64,000 nucleotides of DNA from IMG/VR virus record IMGVR_UViG_3300045988_159775. The stretch is one strand, 5' to 3'. This document shows positions 57,154-64,000 of this stretch, in pieces. Numbering within the stretch: the first letter of the stretch is position 1; each line of letters starts with the position of its first letter. Both the position numbers and the translations under genes were made by a program. The notes under the pieces are model-generated. The model was given only the letters and a program-made list of their open reading frames with translations, was not told where the DNA came from and made no database searches. Source of the DNA: a virus.

Positions 57154-57453
57154 TCATACTTCTTTTACAATTTCTTTTATCTTGAGTAACTTTGTACGAT
57201 TAAAGGGAACGCGGTATTTTTGCCGTAGGAAGTCTTGGACGCTTAAATAATATTCTTCTTCCTCCAAACTATATATCTTTTCATTTAGGTCAGGAGAATA
57301 GGCATTATCACGCATATCCCAAACTGCTGGAATAAGAAAATGAAAAACTCCCGATATGAATTTGCCGTTTCTTCGTAGCCTTACTACAGCGGTCAAAATA
57401 TATATCGGGGTTTTCTCTATCTCTCTGAATTCGTACAAAAGGGCTACTTTCAT
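57154..57453 (-). CDS. hypothetical protein
   Basis: 99-aa ORF overlapping the upstream gene. Confidence 0.35.
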   Translation of the reverse strand: MKVALLYEFREIEKTPIYILTAVVRLRRNGKFISGVFHFLIPAVWDMRDNAYSPDLNEKIYSLEEEEYYLSVQDFLRQKYRVPFNRTKLLKIKEIVKEV

Positions 57454-58565
57454 TTTACAAGCCCCTCCGGCAAATAGTTTATTCCGTAACGGGCAAACAG
57501 CGCTTGTACGCTTTCTATATTACAACTTTTACGGCTTTCACCGTTCTCAAAGAATTTCATATCTGAGGTTAGTCGGTAGCCTTTCATGATCAGTTTGAAT
57601 GCTTCCTTTTGAGCGTCTGATATCTTCTTTGCTACGATAGAACGCTTGTTAGGAAGAGCAATCCATTCGTCAATTGTAAGCAGTTTCTGATTAGGTTCAT
57701 CGCTCGTCTTAGTTTCGGTATTCTTAACCGGAGATTTGACCGTAGAAGCCTTGGAAGCCGCCTTTTTAGCAGGCTTCCCTTTCTTCGTAGACTCTTCCCC
57801 GGCTTTAGCTTTCGCACCGGGACGTTGTTTAAGTTCTGGACGTGTACGCCAATCGAATTTACCGGGGGCGTATTCAGTCCATACCCATTTACCATTCTTA
57901 TGGAGATCGCCTACTTTCTTTGTTTCCTTAGCGGCAAACGTCTCTTTCTTGGCGGGTTTTTCTGTTTTCTTCTCTTGCTTAGTTTCTTTCTTTTCGGACT
58001 TCTCAACTTTTTGTTCTAAAGCCTTTATGCCCTCTTCAGTAATATACCCGTCAAAATAGTATCCATCTTCTTCGCTAAGAGTTTTAACCATGCCCTTCAA
58101 AGACAAACTACCGATAGTAGCAGCAACGCTCTTAGCGCTCTTCTTCATTTCCGCTGAAACGTTCTCTAAAATATATTCAATTCCGCTATCGCCAGTTTCT
58201 TTTGCGCTCTTATATAATGCCTCAAGAACAGCGCGTTCGTTATCAGTCAAGCGAACTTCCTTTGCTTTTTCCTTTTCCAATTTAGCGATACCCTGAGCGG
58301 CGCGAAGAGCAGTCATACGATCAAAGACAATACCCTTTATAGTTTCATTAGTTACTTCTTTATCGCAAAAGATTTTCTCAAGAACTTCTACGTTATCCCA
58401 ATTATCAAGGACTGACGTTGCGAGTGCGCGGTTCTCTTTTGCTTCCGGACGTTTCTTGCTGGAGATGCTTGAAAGTTTTACGTTCTTAAACTCGTTCAAT
58501 GTTACAATACTCTGGTTAACTACTTCATTAGCTACGTTTGCGATTGGATTTTCGATAGTTTTCAT
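57450..58565 (-). CDS. Lys-rich protein with a central GDLHKNGKWVWTEYAPGKFDWR module; first gene after cassette copy C
   Basis: 371 aa. The module is about 80% identical at the DNA level to the copy at the MuF/toxin junction. Confidence 0.45.
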   Translation of the reverse strand: MKTIENPIANVANEVVNQSIVTLNEFKNVKLSSISSKKRPEAKENRALATSVLDNWDNVEVLEKIFCDKEVTNETIKGIVFDRMTALRAAQGIAKLEKEKAKEVRLTDNERAVLEALYKSAKETGDSGIEYILENVSAEMKKSAKSVAATIGSLSLKGMVKTLSEEDGYYFDGYITEEGIKALEQKVEKSEKKETKQEKKTEKPAKKETFAAKETKKVGDLHKNGKWVWTEYAPGKFDWRTRPELKQRPGAKAKAGEESTKKGKPAKKAASKASTVKSPVKNTETKTSDEPNQKLLTIDEWIALPNKRSIVAKKISDAQKEAFKLIMKGYRLTSDMKFFENGESRKSCNIESVQALFARYGINYLPEGLVK

Positions 58566-58708
58566 AATTCTGTATTTTTAAGTTGTTATATTTCCTAACT
58601 TTGTTATGTGTTCCTTTCTAAGAACAGTACAAAGATAAGGACAATTATTGAGTCTACAAAATTCTTAACAAGAAATTTTTGTTTTTACCAAAGAATTTAA
58701 CTTTTGTT
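58561..58708 (-). repeat. cassette copy C: box + promoter + leader
   Basis: It shares the leader end CATAATTCTGTATTTTTA, the promoter, and the box CCAAAGAATTTAACTTTTGTT (58688-58708). Confidence 0.8.
58630..58660 (-). promoter_or_regulatory. Bacteroides-type promoter
   Basis: TTTG, 19 nt, then TATCTTTG on the minus strand. Confidence 0.6.
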
Positions 58709-58730
58709 TATAAATATTGGGCAAATCAAC

Positions 58731-58764
58731 AATAAAAAAGTCCGATCTTCACAGACCAGACTTT
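58731..58764 (-). terminator. intrinsic terminator
   Basis: AAAGTCTG-N12-CGGACTTT followed by TTTATT on the minus strand. Confidence 0.5.
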
Positions 58765-58905
58765 ACCCATGTCACAGTTTACCATTCGACTATTTGACTT
58801 ATCAATTAAAAAAGTAATCCGGGACGCTTCCCAGAAGTCGCAACACGTAAATAAACAACTTAGTTCTTCAAACTAAAAAGAAGTTATGGAGTATCTAATA
58901 ACTGG

Positions 58906-59442
58906 TTATAAAATTTCTTCAAGTACGTATCTAACGTAACGTTGTTCAACTTCCCTCATTGCCTCTTCATCACCGCGTTCAATCTTCGATAGATACTCAA
59001 AAGTTTTTCTCAAAGGTATTCTTGCTATTTTCATCATATCTTCATACTCACGCGGAATGCGCTTTGTATTGAGTATTTCCGCTTTGTAGTTTATTCCGGC
59101 TATATCGGTCCGAATGAATACCGGATTTTGTAAACAAAATGGGTTGCTGGTATAAAGTTCAATTGCTATTAAAGCCGTCCGCGTTCCTTTCGTCTCTTCG
59201 TCTATCTTTATTACATACCCGTTGCGGATAATTCTATCATCATTCATCCAAATTATTTCCCTTACCCGTGCTTCCAATTCTTCGTCTGATAGACTGCTTG
59301 CTCTACGACTTTTTGTAATACGGTTAAGACGGAAAGAATCTACGAACTTTTGACGCGTTACGCCAAAATGTAAAATACATAGAGTCATTGTAATGATAAA
59401 TACAACTGCTACAAGGGCAATAAAAATATCTTCAAAATTCAT
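58906..59442 (-). CDS. membrane-anchored protein
   Basis: 178 aa with an N-terminal transmembrane segment (IFIALVAVVFIITMTLCILHF). Confidence 0.4.
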   Translation of the reverse strand: MNFEDIFIALVAVVFIITMTLCILHFGVTRQKFVDSFRLNRITKSRRASSLSDEELEARVREIIWMNDDRIIRNGYVIKIDEETKGTRTALIAIELYTSNPFCLQNPVFIRTDIAGINYKAEILNTKRIPREYEDMMKIARIPLRKTFEYLSKIERGDEEAMREVEQRYVRYVLEEIL

Positions 59443-59451
59443 AATACTATT

Positions 59452-59953
59452 TTAATCGGTTAAAACTTTTGTTAATTTCTTTCTGGCGTGAAAGATACGA
59501 CTTTTCAGCGTACCCATTTCTATCCCCATAATATTTGCTATTTCATCATACCTATATCCGCAAATCAAATAGTTGATTGGTACGCGGTATATTTCCGGTA
59601 GAGCAGCAATAGCACTTCGAACGTCCAGCGATCGCGAATAATCATCCGTGTCTTCTGTTAAGAGGTCTAAACGCTCAAACATGCTTCTTTCTTCCTCATC
59701 CACGTTATCTCTCAAAAAAACTTTTGTTGCTGTATCTCTTATGAAGATTTATAAAAGAGTTCTTCAAAATCGTATATCCCCAAGCCTTGAGATTCGTTCC
59801 GTCTTCAAATTTATCCTTGTTAGAAAGCATACGGAGTATAACGTCACTTGCGAGGTCACGTGCCATCTCTACGTCTCCGGATAGAAGAACCTTAGCGCGA
59901 AGTAATAACGGCTCATACAAGGCAGATATTCGATCATCCAACGTGTCTTTCAT
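59452..59953 (-). CDS. ECF-type sigma-70 family factor, reading frame interrupted at a T7 run
   Basis: Region 2 (DLASDVILRMLSNKDKFEDGTNLKAWGYTILKNSFINLHKR) lies in 59705-59953. Region 4 (YDEIANIMGIEMGTLKSRIFHARKKL) lies in 59452-59715. The two frames differ by +1 at GTTTTTTTG. Confidence 0.7.
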
Positions 59954-59978
59954 TCTGACTCTCTCTTAATCTCTTTAT

Positions 59979-60134
59979 TCAACATCTTTGTATTTCAATA
60001 TTTTGTTCTCTATCTTCTTTTGAAGAGTTTAAACAAGAGTATACAGAAAAGGCTATGAAAACGTAAACTGCTACAAAGATTAATACGGCAACGACTCCCT
60101 TAATAGCATATTCCGTCAAAATCTCATCTTTCAT
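59979..60134 (-). CDS. small membrane protein (below the ORF-track cutoff)
   Basis: My own translation gives MKDEILTEYAIKGVVAVLIFVAVYVFIAFSVYSCLNSSKEDREQNIEIQRC. Confidence 0.3.
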   Translation of the reverse strand: MKDEILTEYAIKGVVAVLIFVAVYVFIAFSVYSCLNSSKEDREQNIEIQRC

Positions 60135-60384
60135 AAAAACGTTCGCTTATATATCCAATTCCTTTTCTTCTTGTAAGTTTTTCTCAGTTGGATGAAAAAT
60201 TCTTTGTACAAACTCCTCAATATCCTTATCCGGTTTTGATCGATCATTGCTTGCATAAAGAGCGTCTCTGAAATCCTCCTCTGTTACTCCTTTTTGCTTA
60301 AAATTTTCCCTTATTTCTGAATGTTTGGAAACTCTATAAAATCTTCTTGAAACATATTCCCTTTCTCCTTTCTTAAATTCCCTA

Positions 60385-60555
60385 TTATAAACCTTGTAGA
60401 TCGAATATTATTTGTAAAAACAAAGAAGTCGCCAAAGACCAAAATAGCCATTCTGATAAGAAATTCTCAGGACGTACTAACTTATCCCAATGCAAACCTC
60501 CTTTTACTTCTCCAAAGCAATAGACCGTTACCGCGCAAATAAATATTCCAATCAT
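60385..60555 (-). CDS. small membrane protein (below the ORF-track cutoff)
   Basis: My own translation gives MIGIFICAVTVYCFGEVKGGLHWDKLVRPENFLSEWLFWSLATSLFLQIIFDLQGL. The ATG lies 5 nt after the upstream stop. Confidence 0.3.
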   Translation of the reverse strand: MIGIFICAVTVYCFGEVKGGLHWDKLVRPENFLSEWLFWSLATSLFLQIIFDLQGL

Positions 60556-60560
60556 AGTCT

Positions 60561-60821
60561 TTAAGGTTTATCCCAACTTACTCTCTCCGGTGCATACCGG
60601 AACGCGTATTGTACTTGCTTAAAGGAATGACGTCTTTTTATGTCGTCCTTGAGCGACTGGAATGCTAACGGAGAAATACGTACCGTTGCCTCATTGACAA
60701 TCTTTATAGAACGCTTAGAGATATAATACCGCCAAAAGTATTCCTTTTCTTCTACCCAAAACGAAACGTACAAAAGAACGCTTGACGGATTTTCTTCCAA
60801 AACTTTTGCTACAATATTCAT
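60561..60821 (-). CDS. hypothetical protein
   Basis: 86-aa ORF. Confidence 0.35.
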   Translation of the reverse strand: MNIVAKVLEENPSSVLLYVSFWVEEKEYFWRYYISKRSIKIVNEATVRISPLAFQSLKDDIKRRHSFKQVQYAFRYAPERVSWDKP

Positions 60822-60830
60822 AACTACCTC

Positions 60831-62078
60831 CTATTTCTTTTTGTTAGTTTTCTTTTCTCCTGTATAGTAGTCCCGGTTACGTACCTTGCCTTGATTCTCT
60901 GAACGCTTGGAGAATATTATCTTATCCTTAGCGCGTCCAAAACCTCTCTTAACGGGCTGGAACGGTTCTTCGTCTACAGGTTCACGCAAGGCTTCTGCTT
61001 CCACGTCCATACGTCCTTGACGCTGCTCCAAATCCTCCTTTTGGCGGCGAATCTTATTCAAGAACATTTCCTTTGTTCTTTGAGCGGATGTCTTTTCCTC
61101 CTCCGTTACTTCCTCTGCCTTGATGTCTTGTACTTCTCGTCCGCTTTGTTTCTCAATAGCCGTAAAATCATAAGCCATCGTTGACGGGTATACCATCTCT
61201 GCTTGCGGATCATAATCACCTCCTATATCAACGAACTTTGCGTAGTAGGAATTATGCAGACCGGCAATCAATTTCTTTAGATCGAATCCCATACGGGCTG
61301 CAACGCGTCCCAAGATAATCTCTTTCAGATTTATTGTCTTGAGAATTTCCTTTTGTATATGATTCTGAATAGTAGCTTCTATATTTAAGTCCAAGACTCC
61401 GTTAATGTTCAAAACGTCTCCCTCTGCTTCCTTGCGGATTTGCTCCAGAGTACGTAGCATTGCATTATACGCGTCTATGGAATTCAGAACTATATACCGG
61501 GATTTCATTTTAGAATACATCCAACAGAGTTCGTCCAAACGAGGTCTCTTGTTATACAACCGTACGTCCGTTATCTTATTCCGGTATTCTTCCCGTCTCC
61601 GTTCAATTTCTATTATATGAGTCTTCAAAACTCTTTTGACATCATCCTCTGATACGCATATTCCGTTTTCCTCTCCAAGAATCTTCATAACCTCTGGTAC
61701 GGTAAACATACGTCCAAGAAGTTCCATTATGTCTTCCTCATAGGGGCTTAACTTATATCCTCTCTCCTTATCCGTCCTTTGATTCTTCCCAAGACATCCT
61801 GCTCGTCCATAAGCCTTGGCGCTTGCTGCAGACCTTTTGGCGTTCAGTGACATCCACTTCTTTTTCATCTCCATAAGATCTTCTTGTTCTTTGGTAGACA
61901 AGTGTTCTATGGCTTTGGCGAAAAGATGAGGCATAAGTCCAAGGCTTACTTCTTCCCCAGTAGAAACTATTTGGCGGGGATTGCGAAGTAGGGGATGAGA
62001 ATTATACGCATACCACTTTAGGTATTCTCTCGCATTTACAACATCCTCTGGTATAGGTATCTTTCTTCTTTCTTCCAT
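60831..62078 (-). CDS. hypothetical protein
   Basis: 415-aa ORF with a charged C-terminus. Confidence 0.35.
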   Translation of the reverse strand: MEERRKIPIPEDVVNAREYLKWYAYNSHPLLRNPRQIVSTGEEVSLGLMPHLFAKAIEHLSTKEQEDLMEMKKKWMSLNAKRSAASAKAYGRAGCLGKNQRTDKERGYKLSPYEEDIMELLGRMFTVPEVMKILGEENGICVSEDDVKRVLKTHIIEIERRREEYRNKITDVRLYNKRPRLDELCWMYSKMKSRYIVLNSIDAYNAMLRTLEQIRKEAEGDVLNINGVLDLNIEATIQNHIQKEILKTINLKEIILGRVAARMGFDLKKLIAGLHNSYYAKFVDIGGDYDPQAEMVYPSTMAYDFTAIEKQSGREVQDIKAEEVTEEEKTSAQRTKEMFLNKIRRQKEDLEQRQGRMDVEAEALREPVDEEPFQPVKRGFGRAKDKIIFSKRSENQGKVRNRDYYTGEKKTNKKK

Positions 62079-62102
62079 ACAATTTTTTTTATTGTTACGA
62101 TT

Positions 62103-62408
62103 TTATTCGCTTCCCTCTATATCTGCGCTTCCCTTGGCGTATGGGGTTCTACGGCGTAGTCTCTTCGTATTCGGGGCGATACGGAGACGCGTGAGACGGA
62201 TAACGGTCACGGGCTGATCGGAAAGTATGGGCGTGTATTCTGATATTCCCTCTACGCGCCAATCATCCTTTTTTTGTATTGCGGTCATTATCTGCATACG
62301 CCTTAAATTACGGTATAGGAAGATACGGAAAGAGCGTTTTGAGTCTTTCCTTAGAACTGCGGTGCGATCATAGCCCTTGAGTAAATCCTTTAATTCTTTT
62401 TCACTCAT
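62103..62408 (-). CDS. hypothetical protein
   Basis: 101-aa ORF. Confidence 0.35.
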   Translation of the reverse strand: MSEKELKDLLKGYDRTAVLRKDSKRSFRIFLYRNLRRMQIMTAIQKKDDWRVEGISEYTPILSDQPVTVIRLTRLRIAPNTKRLRRRTPYAKGSADIEGSE

Positions 62409-62423
62409 ATTTCTCTATCTCTA

Positions 62424-62573
62424 CTATCTACGTCTTTTCTTCTTTTTCCAATTCTCTATTATCTCCAAGAGAAGCGTTGAGGGGGCAAAACGTTTTTCTT
62501 TCCTTTTGGCTTGATGACGGCGTAGGAGTTCTTGCGGAGTAGTGCACTGACGGCTTTGTTCCTTTTTTTTCAT
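62424..62573 (-). CDS. small highly basic protein (below the ORF-track cutoff)
   Basis: My own translation gives MKKKEQSRQCTTPQELLRRHQAKRKEKRFAPSTLLLEIIENWKKKKRRR. It starts with ATG followed by an A8 run. Confidence 0.25.
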   Translation of the reverse strand: MKKKEQSRQCTTPQELLRRHQAKRKEKRFAPSTLLLEIIENWKKKKRRR

Positions 62574-62586
62574 ATCCCTCTATCTA

Positions 62587-63359
62587 TTATTTTTCAAAAA
62601 ATTCAATAAACTCTTCTTTAGTCACTACAATGTGATTAGCGTCTCCCGGTACATACTTATAGTCTACGAAGAGATCGCGCCATAGAACGTCAACAATGAC
62701 TTCCTCTGCGGTGATCTTGCCTTGTTCCCTTAATACGTTTTCCATAATCCCGTGAGAATGCAATTTTGGAGTTCTCAAAGAAATTAATTCCGTATCATCA
62801 TCTCCTTTCAAAATCGGAGTTTTAATAAGTTTTTCCCATTCCTCACGAAACTCTTTAAGTGTCATAGCAGCATTGCGGCTTTTCTTATCAATATTAGGGG
62901 ATTCTGTAACTATTGATCCAGCAAAGATTTTACCTAAACAATAATACCATCTCCCAATAATAGGGCTTTTACAATAATGATTATGACGCTCAAATATCAA
63001 ATTAGGAATTTCTCCAAATCCGCTTTCCTTTATCCAAGTAGATAACATATCATCATCCAAATAAGATACATCTCCAAATAAGATACATCTCCAAACATAA
63101 GGCTTGGGAGATGAAACGTATGATCGGGATTTTCCGCTGCCGTTAGACAAAGCAATACTATGTTTGATCTTAATACGGTTGGCGGCAATGGACTACCGCT
63201 GCTTGTTACCGTTGGTATACCATAGGCGCGTCCTGATATCTGTCCTACTGTGAAGTAATTCGCGCCAAAATTAGTAATTGCATAATTAGCCATCTCTGAA
63301 ATGTGTGTTCCTCTAACGTCTGTTGAGAAACAAAGGATGTCAATGTTACTTTTTTCCAT
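62587..63359 (-). pseudogene. phage non-structural protein (A1S_2505-like N-terminus) disrupted by a 17-bp tandem duplication
   Basis: ORFs 63030-63359 and 62587-63150 both encode FGDVSYL across the duplication. Removing one 17-bp unit yields a single 251-aa ORF. The N-terminus is ILCFSTDVRGTHISEMANYAITNFGA...GQISGRAYGIPTV. Confidence 0.6.
63061..63094. repeat. perfect 17-bp tandem duplication
   Basis: ATAAGATACATCTCCAA occurs twice, at 63061-63077 and 63078-63094. It is preceded by a 5-nt partial copy, TCCAA, at 63056-63060. Confidence 0.95.
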
Positions 63360-63368
63360 AATTCCTTT

Positions 63369-63545
63369 TTATAAGTTAATTTGATCTTGTATTGCTGAAT
63401 TGAGACTAAAACTGTCTTTGGGGTAAATTCCCTCACCCAGTCCTGTACGGAGGTCTACGTAATAGTTTTGGGAATCTTCTGATATTACCGCAGAGGGGAA
63501 CTGCGGTAATTCGATACTTAAGATTTTTCTTTCTTCTTGAAACAT
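63369..63545 (-). CDS. small hypothetical protein (below the ORF-track cutoff)
   Basis: My own translation gives MFQEERKILSIELPQFPSAVISEDSQNYYVDLRTGLGEGIYPKDSFSLNSAIQDQINL. It is preceded by AAGGAGG. Confidence 0.35.
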   Translation of the reverse strand: MFQEERKILSIELPQFPSAVISEDSQNYYVDLRTGLGEGIYPKDSFSLNSAIQDQINL

Positions 63546-63560
63546 ATTCTTTCCTCCTTT

Positions 63561-63770
63561 TTAGAATTCTACAAAAATTATACGTTCTCCGTTTCCACCC
63601 TTACGACTAACCCAAAGGTGATTTTTACCGAATCCATATTCAAAGTGTTTAATTTCTGTAGCATGGAAAGATATAAAAGTTCTCAATTGATGTTCGGTAT
63701 CTGAATTTGTAATGATATTAAGTATTTCTACAAATTCCATTGCTTCTACTGATGTTGCGCCTACTAACAT
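63561..63770 (-). CDS. hypothetical protein; first long ORF after cassette copy D
   Basis: 69-aa ORF. Its ATG overlaps the stop of an 8-codon mini-ORF, MKATVETC. Confidence 0.35.
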   Translation of the reverse strand: MLVGATSVEAMEFVEILNIITNSDTEHQLRTFISFHATEIKHFEYGFGKNHLWVSRKGGNGERIIFVEF

Positions 63771-63831
63771 GTTTCTACTGTTGCTTTCATAATTTTCTGT
63801 ATTTTTAGTTTGTTATTTCTTAATTACACTA

Positions 63832-63862
63832 CAAAGATAGTGACTTTGAGAATATCTACAAG
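63832..63862 (-). promoter_or_regulatory. Bacteroides-type promoter with a weaker -33 element
   Basis: CTTG, 19 nt, then TATCTTTG on the minus strand. Confidence 0.5.
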
Positions 63863-63910
63863 ACTTTTACCCAAATATTTTATGGAAAACCAAGGAATTT
63901 AACTTTTGTT

Positions 63911-63943
63911 AAAAGAAAAGGACTACTTTCCCAAGCAATCCTT
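63911..63943 (-). terminator. intrinsic terminator
   Basis: Same hairpin as copy A, AAGGATTGCTT-GGGA-AAGTAGTCCTT, followed by TTCTTTT. Confidence 0.6.
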
Positions 63944-64000
63944 AGCATAAAGTGATAATCTAACTTATAGAAAATTACAACAAACAATATAAACTATGCT

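Larger units (their letters stand above)
63781..63943 (-). repeat. cassette copy D: terminator + box + promoter + leader
   Basis: 63890-63944 matches 41004-41058 with one mismatch. The leader and promoter resemble copy C. Confidence 0.85.

Noticed and set aside
1729-58296. Many plus-strand ORFs of 60-150 aa from the track, for example 1729-1959, 2624-3004, 13975-14421, 36640-37083, 43501-43932, 46331-46723, 55495-55860 and 56320-56778.
   Set aside because: Each lies entirely antisense within a longer minus-strand gene that has recognisable motifs or operon context. Their translations are low-complexity or hydrophobic, which is typical of shadow ORFs in AT-rich DNA.
58765-58905. A possible small RNA or second terminator in the 340-bp gap upstream of cassette copy C.
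   Set aside because: Only short (4-5 bp) stems with bulges could be drawn, and there is no convincing U-tract or conservation with the other cassette copies.
1-64000. Alternative genetic code (TAG or TGA reassignment), as seen in some Bacteroidota phages.
   Set aside because: Long structural and enzymatic ORFs are intact under the standard code, with all three stop codons used at gene ends. The frame breaks I found are explained by indels or a duplication, not by in-frame stops. The one exception is the ambiguous TAA at 86-88.
1-64000. crAss-like podovirus identity, suggested by the BACON domains and the Bacteroides promoters.
   Set aside because: The presence of sheath, tube, chaperones, tape measure and a baseplate J-type module indicates a contractile-tail phage instead.
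1-64000. tRNA genes, CRISPR arrays, integrase or repressor genes, and reverse transcriptase / DGR.
   Set aside because: I inspected the non-coding gaps by eye (40682-41094, 43062-43314, 49298-49429, 50807-50940, 53245-53398, 58566-58905, 62409-62586). They contain hairpins and promoters but no cloverleaf-like or spacer-repeat structure. No ORF shows recombinase or RT motifs. A tRNAscan or profile search is still needed to be sure.

Overview
This window is a contiguous piece of a large tailed dsDNA phage genome, AT-rich by eye. Sheath, tube, tape measure and a baseplate J-like protein indicate a contractile tail. The host is very probably Bacteroidota: BACON-like Ig repeats, Bacteroides-type -33 TTTG / -7 TAnnTTTG promoters, and few Shine-Dalgarno sites. 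I call about 85 genes. All are on the minus strand except two at the left edge, which converge on the end of the late operon near 700-810. No tRNA, rRNA, CRISPR array, integrase or repressor was recognised.

Reading in the direction of transcription, from right to left:
- 64-46.9 kb: an early/accessory region of small and membrane proteins. It includes an ECF-type sigma factor, a C5 cytosine methyltransferase, HU, a DEDDh exonuclease and a PLC-like protein. Transcription units are separated by a repeated terminator-box-promoter-leader cassette.
- 46-43.3 kb: the large terminase, carrying a LAGLIDADG intein inside its P-loop.
- 43-36 kb: nucleotide and DNA functions. These are a dUTPase fusion, a ferritin-like di-iron protein, a DUF2786-like protein, a FEN-type 5'-3' exonuclease, and a candidate thymidine-hypermodification enzyme of the aGPT-Pplase type.
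- 35.3-27 kb: portal, several lysine-rich or membrane proteins, and a MuF-like protein followed by a papain-fold toxin domain.
- 26.9-23.2 kb: a radical SAM/SPASM + PIG-L deacetylase + GT4 glycosyltransferase cassette, interrupted by a GIY-YIG homing endonuclease.
- 23-0.8 kb: GH108 endolysin, a lipoprotein, a protease-scaffold fusion, major capsid protein, connectors, sheath, tube, chaperones, tape measure, an M23 tail lysin and the baseplate.

The most interesting items are:
- the sugar/radical-SAM cassette;
- the possible DNA hypermodification genes;
- a MuF-toxin reading frame broken by one nucleotide in an A5 run;
- a ~30-aa EKAH-GDLHPNGKW module reused in three to four proteins;
- a sigma factor split at a T7 run;
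- a gene broken by a perfect 17-bp tandem duplication;
- the four-copy promoter cassette.

All functional calls rest on motif recognition by eye. No database search was run.
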